Shown here: in pieces, positions 29,035-36,100 of the stretch
How positions within the stretch are numbered: position 1 is the first letter of the stretch
Layout: every line of letters starts with the position of its first letter
IMG/VR virus record: IMGVR_UViG_3300005614_001084
Location: 32,001-96,000 of that record
Source: a virus
Lineage: Duplodnaviria; Caudoviricetes
Reading direction: 5' to 3' (one strand)
Length of the DNA stretch: 64,000 bases
Notes under the pieces: model-generated
Seen by the model: only the letters and a program-made list of their open reading frames with translations
Database searches by the model: none
What the model was told of the DNA's origin: nothing
Position numbers and translations under genes: made by a program

Positions 29035-29125
29035 CGAGGATGACCCCACAGTGCTGGTTCGAATCCAGCTCCCCCGATCTACCGGGGGATAGCCCAACGG
29101 CAGAGGCAAGGTCTTCAACTCCTCG
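29035..29125 (+). ncRNA. Permuted tRNA-like domain 1
   Basis: T-arm GCTGG-TTCGAAT-CCAGC (29053-69); acceptor TCCCCCG/CGGGGGA (29070-76/29083-89) closed by ATCTAC; TA; D-arm GCCCAACGGCAGAGGC (29092-107); closing stems GACC/GGTC and CGAGGA/TCCTCG. Confidence 0.85.
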
Positions 29126-29192
29126 ACGTCAACCTGAAAACTCAGATCTCCAATGGACAATCTGAGACGCTAGGCAAAACTCGCAATCCGAT

Positions 29193-29307
29193 TGAGCGAT
29201 CACCCACCAGAAGTCTCGGTTCAAATCCGAGTCCCCCAGTTGTAGCCGATCAACTATTGGGGGATGGTCTAACGGTAAGACGCTGGTACTCAGATCTAAG
29301 ACGCTCA
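29193..29307 (+). ncRNA. Permuted tRNA-like domain 2
   Basis: ACCAG(29206-10)-AAGT-T-arm CTCGG-TTCAAAT-CCGAG (29215-31); acceptor TCCCCCA/TGGGGGA (29232-38/29258-64); TG; D-arm GTCT-AACGGTA-AGAC (29267-81); G; CTGGT (29283-87); outer TGAGCG/CGCTCA. Confidence 0.9.
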
Positions 29308-29345
29308 GTGTTGCCGTGCGATGAGCTAGTGGCGGAAGACAGATG

Positions 29346-29372
29346 GGGCCGGGGTAGGCTACACCCCGGTCC
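29346..29372 (+). terminator. Terminal GC-rich hairpin of the ncRNA
   Basis: GGGCCGGGGT-AGGCTAC-ACCCCGGTCC, just before the convergent CDS ending at 29390. Confidence 0.6.
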
Positions 29373-29389
29373 TGTCGCTATTCGTTTGC

Positions 29390-30532
29390 TCAGAGCTGAC
29401 CGATCACGTCGAAGAGCGGAGCCGCCTGTCGGATCCCGAAGGCGCCCATCGTCTGGTACGCGGCGAAGGCGCCACGCCCCAGCAGCAGATAGGAGTTCGA
29501 GCGGCTCGTTGCATCGATCCCGTTCTGCGCCAAGAACTGCTGCGCCTTCTTTTCGAGCTGCTCGGGTGTCCGAAGGTTCAGCTCCTCGTTGACGCGTTGG
29601 ATCTCGTTCTGATCGAACTGCGCCTCTGTCGGGCCGTGCGTCACGTACTCGTCCGTCATCGTGTAGATGGGCTGGTTCACCGGAGGACGAGAGAAGCTCG
29701 CCTGATTGGTGATCGGAGCCACGGTGATGGTCTGCCCGAGCCCGCTCGGCACCACGATGCGGCGGCCGTAGAACGTGTTCTTGATCACCTCCAGCGTGTT
29801 CTGGATGCTGAAGTCTGCGGTCTGGAGGAACTGCTGCGCCGACGCGAGGAAGCCGGTGAGCCCGCCGCTCGCCCCCTGTCGCGCCGCCGCAGTCGAAACC
29901 AACTGACCGCCCTGCGTGGTGTCCGGCGGCACGCCACCGCTGTCCAGCCCCTGACCGCCGAAGTCCGTGGGCACGCCCTGGCTCGCCTGCTGCGCCGCCG
30001 CTGCCTCCTGCTGGAAGAACACCGATCCGACCGTGGAGAGGATCGCGTAGTTGCAGACGAACATCTGGAACTGGAAGGGCAGATGCAGCGGGTTCATCGA
30101 GTCCTGCTGCGTACCGGCGCTGACGATGTAGCCCTCGACCACGATGTCGTCGAAGTAAAGATACAGGCGCGCGTTCTGCTCCACGAGCTTGGTGCCGCGC
30201 AGATACTGATCGTAGTTCGCCCAGAACTCCGACTTCCAGTTGAAGTCCTTCGAGTTGATCAGGATGCCGCTGACGTTGAGGAAGCGCGGACGCTCACCGA
30301 AGAAGAAGATGTAGTCCTCGCCGAAGGTCTCGACGATCTGCTGCTTCTCGACGCGCTGCTCCACGATCTGTTGGATGATGAAGTTCGCGTAGTGCGAGCT
30401 GCGTCCGATGCCGTTCTCTTGCGTCGGACTGCTGGAGTCGAAGAGCGGGATCTCCTCGCCTGTAGCGGTGATGGCGCGGAGGATGCCGTACGTGTCTTCC
30501 TTGATCTCCAGACCACGAAGTGGACGACGCAC
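29390..30532 (-). CDS. Tail/baseplate-associated protein downstream of the tape measure (tube-initiator-like)
   Basis: Position after the TMP-like gene; EKQQIVETFG...FFGERPR motif; the frame stays open upstream to a stop at 30632-34. Confidence 0.55.
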   Translation of the reverse strand: MRRPLRGLEIKEDTYGILRAITATGEEIPLFDSSSPTQENGIGRSSHYANFIIQQIVEQRVEKQQIVETFGEDYIFFFGERPRFLNVSGILINSKDFNWKSEFWANYDQYLRGTKLVEQNARLYLYFDDIVVEGYIVSAGTQQDSMNPLHLPFQFQMFVCNYAILSTVGSVFFQQEAAAAQQASQGVPTDFGGQGLDSGGVPPDTTQGGQLVSTAAARQGASGGLTGFLASAQQFLQTADFSIQNTLEVIKNTFYGRRIVVPSGLGQTITVAPITNQASFSRPPVNQPIYTMTDEYVTHGPTEAQFDQNEIQRVNEELNLRTPEQLEKKAQQFLAQNGIDATSRSNSYLLLGRGAFAAYQTMGAFGIRQAAPLFDVIGQL

Positions 30533-30630
30533 GTTGTCGTAGGGCTGACGCTGCGCGGTATCCAGCTCACCGAACGCGTCGGTCTGGACCGAAATGAAGA
30601 CTGCGATCGTACACCAGACCCCTTTCTGCG

Positions 30631-30639
30631 CCTATCAGC
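30631..30639 (+). promoter_or_regulatory. CCTATCAGC promoter-like motif
   Basis: Upstream of the AAGGA RBS and ATG 30655. Confidence 0.55.
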
Positions 30640-30654
30640 AGTAGGAAGGACACC

Positions 30655-31146
30655 ATGAAAAGAGACGTCCGTCAACGCTTCTGGGAGAAGGTAAAGATCG
30701 TCGATGACGATACCTCCTGCTGGGAGTGGCAGGGCGGGATTGTCGACGGGTACGGCAAGTTCAACGACGGGACCAAGAACGGCGATCGTTCCCATCGCGT
30801 CGCGTATAAGCTGGAGAACGGACCTATCCCTGACGGGATGGAGGTCATGCACTCCTGCGACAATCGAAAGTGTTGCCGACCCGATCACCTGTCGGTCGGA
30901 ACGAAGCAACAAAACATGGCCGACATGATCTCGAAGGGACGACAAGCCCGAGGCGAGAAGAAGTGGACAGCCAAGATGACGGCCGAGAAAGTGCTCAAGC
31001 TGCGCGAGCGGCATGACGCTGGCGAGACACTCGCCTCTCTGGCTCCGGAGTTCGGTATCAGTGAGAAGACCGCATCGATGATCGCATGCGGTGACATCTG
31101 GAAACACGTCGGCGGTCCTCGCCGCGAGAAAAGGAAGTTCGGCTAA
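30655..31146 (+). CDS. HNH homing endonuclease with C-terminal HTH
   Basis: CWEWQG...YGKF...SHRVAY...VMHSCDNRKCCRPDHLSVGT..QNMAD. Confidence 0.9.
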   Translation: MKRDVRQRFWEKVKIVDDDTSCWEWQGGIVDGYGKFNDGTKNGDRSHRVAYKLENGPIPDGMEVMHSCDNRKCCRPDHLSVGTKQQNMADMISKGRQARGEKKWTAKMTAEKVLKLRERHDAGETLASLAPEFGISEKTASMIACGDIWKHVGGPRREKRKFG

Positions 31147-31493
31147 TGCTCGTCACGTCCACCGCGATTTCACCCCGGATCAACAGTCTGCTTCACAAGG
31201 CAGGCCTCGACCTCTACACCGCCGTCCGGAAGTCGGACGAAGATCTTCTGAAGCTGAAGGGCATCGGAGAGACGGCGCTTCGCGAGATCCGCAAAGCTTC
31301 GGTCCACGTCTACTACAGCGAGCTGCTGACGACCGAACATGTGCGCGGCTGCACGCTCGTCATCCGACCGGAGTCGCCGCCGACCGACTCCATGCACCTG
31401 CTCGCGCTCCTCGCCTCCGCCAACGGATTCGCCCTGGCAACTCGGGGAGGCAGCGGGCAGATCGGAGTTCTGCGGCGCATCACCACGATGTAG
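31146..31493 (+). CDS. RNA polymerase alpha-CTD-like (HhH) protein
   Basis: ISPRINSLLHKAGL...SDEDLLKLKGIGETALREI parallels the alpha-CTD consensus LSVR..N.L..AGI...E.ELLK..N.G.KSL.EI. Confidence 0.65.
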   Translation: MLVTSTAISPRINSLLHKAGLDLYTAVRKSDEDLLKLKGIGETALREIRKASVHVYYSELLTTEHVRGCTLVIRPESPPTDSMHLLALLASANGFALATRGGSGQIGVLRRITTM

Positions 31494-31503
31494 AAGGAGA
31501 ACC

Positions 31504-31824
31504 ATGCAACCGAAGATGATGCCAGGGCAGACGCCCTACACCACGGACGAGCTGAAGAAGCTCTACCGAGCCGTCGATGACGCCGCGGAAGCTGGAGTCA
31601 CGGAACAGGACGAAGTCGAAGGACTCCTCCATCCGATCTGCACGTACTGCGGGCGCGTCGTGCGGACGTACCCTGGAGAAGAGATTCTCTCCTGCTGGCC
31701 GATCTTTCTACCGCCGTCGAAGTCGCCCACCCAGCGCATCACCGACCCGTTCTTCAAGCACCGCTCCTACACGGCGACCTGCCTGGTGATCAGCGGATAC
31801 GGCCATGCCACCGGCCGACGCTGA
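31504..31824 (+). CDS. Hypothetical protein (start MQPKMM)
   Basis: AAGGAG RBS; CTYC motif. Confidence 0.55.
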   Translation: MQPKMMPGQTPYTTDELKKLYRAVDDAAEAGVTEQDEVEGLLHPICTYCGRVVRTYPGEEILSCWPIFLPPSKSPTQRITDPFFKHRSYTATCLVISGYGHATGRR

Positions 31825-32743
31825 GCTTCCGGCTAACCACGGAAAACCGTGGAGCGAGGAAGACGAGAAGAAGCTGTCGTGGGACTGGGGAACGATCCCA
31901 CTGACGCAACTCGCCGCGCGCTTCAAGCGCAGTGGGTATGCGGTGTTTCGCAAAGCGATCGACATGGGCCTGGGTCGCGCCAAGCGCGGCACCATGTCGG
32001 TCAACGCCTTCTCGAAATACAGCGGATTCAGCGTCTTCAAGATCATGAAGGCAGCGCGTGCCTTAGACCTGAACCTGTGGCGCGGGCTGTCCAGCGAACC
32101 CGGACGTGATCGGGTACGTGATTACGACGTCAAGGACTTCCAACAGGAAGCCTTGATCAAGTACATGATGGACAATCCTTGGATCCCGAGCCCGGGATCC
32201 AGTATGTCGAAGCAGGGAGAATGGGGCACTGGCAGAAAACCAGCAGCCTGCTTGCGCTGCAATCGATCCGACAAACCCCACTTCTCCAAAGGGAAATGCC
32301 GCGGCTGCTACAACGCGCAGTACAAGGTCCGCAGCGGCGTCCGCTTTTCTGATCTCACGACAGAAAAAGTCGTCGCCATGAGAGAAGCCTACGCCAGCGG
32401 AGTGACGCAGCCGAAGCTAGCCCTTCAGTACTCCGTCTCTAAGTCGACGGTCAGCAAGATCATTCGCGGCGAATATTGGGCCAAGGCTGGTGGGCCGATC
32501 AACAAAAGAGCCAGGAAGGGCAGTCATGGAAGAGTGGGAAGAGACATGGCGTCAAGCACGCCTGCCGCGAATGGCGGCTCGAATGATCTGGAGCTACGGG
32601 GCGTGGCTGGTGGGCTCGCAGGCGGAGAGATTCGCGATGAAGCAACCGCCCGCACCGGAGAAGGACTGGGACCTGTTCGTGCCGATCCACACGTGGAGAC
32701 AGGCCGCGATGTCGATCCCGAAGAAGGCGACCCTCAACGGTAA
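31805..32743 (+). CDS. Multi-domain DNA-binding protein (Myb-like WSEEDE, Zn finger, HTH)
   Basis: GKPWSEEDEKKL; CLRC...H...CRGCY; HTH similar to the C-terminus of the HNH at 30655. Confidence 0.6.
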   Translation: MPPADAELPANHGKPWSEEDEKKLSWDWGTIPLTQLAARFKRSGYAVFRKAIDMGLGRAKRGTMSVNAFSKYSGFSVFKIMKAARALDLNLWRGLSSEPGRDRVRDYDVKDFQQEALIKYMMDNPWIPSPGSSMSKQGEWGTGRKPAACLRCNRSDKPHFSKGKCRGCYNAQYKVRSGVRFSDLTTEKVVAMREAYASGVTQPKLALQYSVSKSTVSKIIRGEYWAKAGGPINKRARKGSHGRVGRDMASSTPAANGGSNDLELRGVAGGLAGGEIRDEATARTGEGLGPVRADPHVETGRDVDPEEGDPQR

Positions 32744-32933
32744 CCGCGGGCTTCACTTCACGATCGACGGCGTGACGTTCGACATCTGGCCGGACGAGCT
32801 GTCGCGCTTCATTCAAGAAGCAACATCACCAGGACGGATCAAGGCGAAGTGGGGCTTCAGCTTCGTCGTAGACGTGCGCCACGGACTCGTCATCCGTGCC
32901 GAACGTATCTTCAGATCGCCAGACCGTTTTTGA
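32526..32933 (+). CDS. Minimal nucleotidyltransferase (Pol-beta superfamily)-like protein
   Basis: AWLVGS...KDWDLFV (hGS...DxD) plus third acidic residue in FDIW. Confidence 0.55.
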   Translation: MEEWEETWRQARLPRMAARMIWSYGAWLVGSQAERFAMKQPPAPEKDWDLFVPIHTWRQAAMSIPKKATLNGNRGLHFTIDGVTFDIWPDELSRFIQEATSPGRIKAKWGFSFVVDVRHGLVIRAERIFRSPDRF

Positions 32934-33117
32934 TCATGAAGTCCTTCACCTCCCGAGGCACCGGCATCAGCAGGTCCTCGGAGGTGATGTACCGGTGCAG
33001 CACGGCGGACAGCGCGTTCTCGAAGCAGTCTTCGGGACCCACGCTGTCCATGCCGCGCACACGCACCAGGCGCTTTCCGACCTTGATCTTTGCCTCGACT
33101 ACCGTACGTTCCGTCAT
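32911..33117 (-). CDS. Hypothetical protein
   Basis: AGGAG RBS directly after the TMP-like stop. Confidence 0.5.
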   Translation of the reverse strand: MTERTVVEAKIKVGKRLVRVRGMDSVGPEDCFENALSAVLHRYITSEDLLMPVPREVKDFMIKNGLAI

Positions 33118-33119
33118 GA

Positions 33120-36100
33120 TCAGTCTCCTGGTTCACCCGTCGCTACGCCACCACTGACCTGCGGAAGCTGGCCGCTGATGGTCCGAAGCAGCTCTACGGC
33201 CGAGCCGAGATGCTGCATGCTCTGGTACGCGACCGGATCGCGGCTTTGCTGCTGGCGCATCACGGCTTCTCGCTGCACCTCACTGAGCCGTCCGCCCGCG
33301 GCGCCGGTGGTCGTCATGCGAATGAGCTGCTCGGCTTCGGACTGGCTGAAGCCGCCGCCTGCCATGCTGCGGAACTGCGAGACAAGATCACCGCTACCCG
33401 AGACACCCATTCCGGAGAGATGCGTCTGAAGCTGACGCGCCACCTCGTCGGCCCCAGCGCCACCACGCTGAAGAATCGCCATCGCACGGCGAGCATCGAC
33501 CTGACGTCCACCGACGGTGATCCCGGCCTCGCTGAAGCTGTTGCCGGTCAGCATGCCGAGCGCAGTCTCCGCGCTCTGCGCGCCACCACGACGGCCGCCA
33601 CCGGTGAGCGCGCGCACCTGCTGCCGGATACCGGCACCGGCACCGAGCACTTCGCGCCCGAACTCGTCTCCACCCAAGCTCTCGCTGAGCGCGCGGTACT
33701 CCGCCGACGAGGTGTCCATGCGCGCGAGCTGCATCATGGTGTCCTGCGCCGCGGTGTTCAGGGACGAACCGCTCTGCGACAGATCGCGGAAGCGACCCGC
33801 CAGGGCACCAAACTGGCGCCCCATCGAAGTGTCGCCGAGGCGGCGGGCGAGCCGACTGTAGTCGGCACCTGTGCTGAGCCGGCCCTCGATCAGCTCGCGC
33901 TGACGACCTTCGTCGATCCCGAAACGCTCGAACTCCGATCCGATACCTCCGCCCGAGCGGATATTCTCTTCCATCTGCTGGATCATGGAACGCGCAGCAC
34001 GGCCCTCGGCCGAGCCCTCGTCGGCGTAGGCTCCGCCCTGCGCCATCACGTCCTGGCGAAGAAGCTCCAGCTCCGCTTGCTGGCCTGCACGATCGCCGCT
34101 CATGCCAGACATCCGACGGATGCGGCGCGTGAACATGTCGGAGCCACCGACCGAGCGTACGGCCTCCTCGCTGACGCCACGGAGCCCTTGGAGCTGCATC
34201 GCTGCCGCTGCGCCGCCCCCAGCCGCCCTCCGGCCCAAGGAACGCTCGATGTCTGCCTCGGAGTAGCCGGAGCGGCGCAGAAGGGCGGCCTGGGTCTCGC
34301 GCGCCCCGGCTTCGTCCATCGAAGCTCCTGGACCGCCTGCCTCACGACCCAGCCGTTCGGCGAGGTGGCCGCCACCGGTGATGAAGCTCGCCGCCTGATC
34401 GGCAGGCGTCATGATCTGCTCCATCTGACCGCTGCCCATACCGAGCATGCGCATGATGTCGCGGCCCATGCCTCCGAGCGTATCGCCGCCGCCACGGGCG
34501 TTCGCCAGGCCTGCTCGGGTCGGAGAGACACCACCGACACGCATCCCGTTCTGCGCCATGAAGGCGTCGACCGCGTTCGCCGAGGCCCCGCCGTTCATGT
34601 ACTGGTAGAAGTTCGACGCGTTGCCGCCGGCCGCAGCCATCACCTGCGCGTTCATGATGTCGCGTCGAGTCGCGTTCGCGTCCGCGCTGAGGCGCTGAAG
34701 CTGATTGGCGTCTGCACCGAACACCGCTCCCGATCTCGCCATCTGAGCGGAGTCGACCGCCTCCATGAGCTGCGACGCCCCCATGCCACGGACTCCTCGG
34801 ACCCCGCGCGCCGTCAAGCTCTCGCCCACGCTCATGTATCCGGTCTCGATGCCGAGCCCACGAAGCATGCGCTGGGCGAGAGGCGTTCCGAAGGCCTGAG
34901 ATCCAGACACCCCGGCACCGCTGACCCCAGAGCCAACGGAAAGCCGATCCATGTCCGACTGCGAAGCCTGTCCGATGCTCATCCGAGCCATGGCTCGGCG
35001 ATCTTCTGTCGTCATGCTGCTGGCGGTGACGCCGAGCACGTCGTTCATCGTGCGCTCGGCGAGCGACGAGATACGGGTGAGGAAGCTACGGCCCAGCTCG
35101 CGCGCACGCGTGACGCCCATCGTGTCGGACATCCCGTGTTCGAGATGACGCATGAAACCGTCGAAGCTGCGGTTCTCCGAGATGTCCTGCGACAGCGCCT
35201 GCTGACGACCCGACGCCATGCGATCGATGCTCTCCGACGATGCGATCGCGCCCTGATTGCGCATCAGGCTCATCATCATCTCGGACTGCGGCCGATCCAT
35301 GTGGAACCGTCGCTGGAGAACCAGGCTGGCGAGATCGTCACCCTGGTCGAGCACACGGTCGCCTACCATCAGGCGCATCATGCCGATCTGGGCAGCCATA
35401 CCGCCCTGCTCCATCACGGCGCCGCGCAGCATGCCCTCACGGTTCAACGCCCGAGCGCGACCCATGCCGCCGACACGTCCGTGAGCGGCTCGACTCACCT
35501 CGCCGGTGGTCAGGTCGCCGGACATCATGCGCTGCATCATGTCCTGATCGAGCCCGGTACCGTTAGCGTTCGACATCGCGAAGAGCGAGTACCGCCCCAT
35601 GCCGGTGCGACTGAACTGTCCCGCACGCTGAAGCATGTTCGTGGTGAAGGCTGCTATCGCCTCCGGACCCTGAAGACCTCCCGTTGCCTCCGACAACATC
35701 TCCTGGTTGATGGCACCCGAGCTGAGGGCCGCTCCGAGCGTCTGCGCGCCCCGAAGCGCACCCATGGCGCCCTGACGACCGAGCCCACCGAAGCCTCGGC
35801 TGATCTGCGAGCCCTGCGCACTGAGTGCGATCAAGCTCTGACGATCCATACCCGTGACGGCCTCGGCGCTACGCACCTCTGCCGCGAAGTTCGACTGATC
35901 GCTCGACCTGAAGATACCGCTCTGTTGCGCACCTCGGACGAACTGAAGCGCGTCCGTGAGCGTGCCGCCTAGCTCACGCTGCACGTCCCGAAGCGTGTTC
36001 AGCATCGTGCGGAAGCGCTGCGTGAACTGCTGCACGTCGCGCACCGCGGTGAACATGCCGGAGTCCGCGCCGCCCTGGACCAACGACGTCATCTCTTGGG

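Larger units (their letters stand above)
28923..29376 (+). ncRNA. Structured ncRNA with two tandem circularly permuted tRNA-like domains
   Basis: Longest non-coding gap in the window; long G-U-containing stems, two canonical T-arms and D-arms, terminal hairpin; exact ends unknown. Confidence 0.8.

Noticed and set aside
29014-29036. CRISPR array or other spacer-repeat array
   Set aside because: Only short adjacent hexamers without spacers; no repeat-spacer periodicity or cas genes were seen anywhere in the window.
29050-29290. Conventional tRNA genes
   Set aside because: The arms are in permuted order with no anticodon loop and no CCA; the normal-order hybrid 29083-29239 has only a 3-bp anticodon stem and no recognisable group I intron core.
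28923-29376. tmRNA (one- or two-piece)
   Set aside because: No G3-U70 alanine determinant, full D-stems are present (tmRNA lacks them), and no tag reading frame was recognised.
28923-29376. Canonical YrlA Y RNA
   Set aside because: The topology is similar, but there are two modules, I found no GNCGAA Ro-binding helix and there is no TROVE or RtcB gene in the window. Not excluded without an Rfam search.
28729-29592. Track ORFs 28729..29043 and 29257..29592 as real genes
   Set aside because: Arg/Pro/Ser-rich shadow translations without RBS, overlapping a real CDS and the structured RNA.
33210-35972. 920-aa + strand ORF, and similar long antisense ORFs at 2644, 12894, 16235, 23978, 44944 and 47290
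   Set aside because: Antisense shadows of real high-GC3 genes, with H/R/A-rich unnatural composition and no domain motifs.
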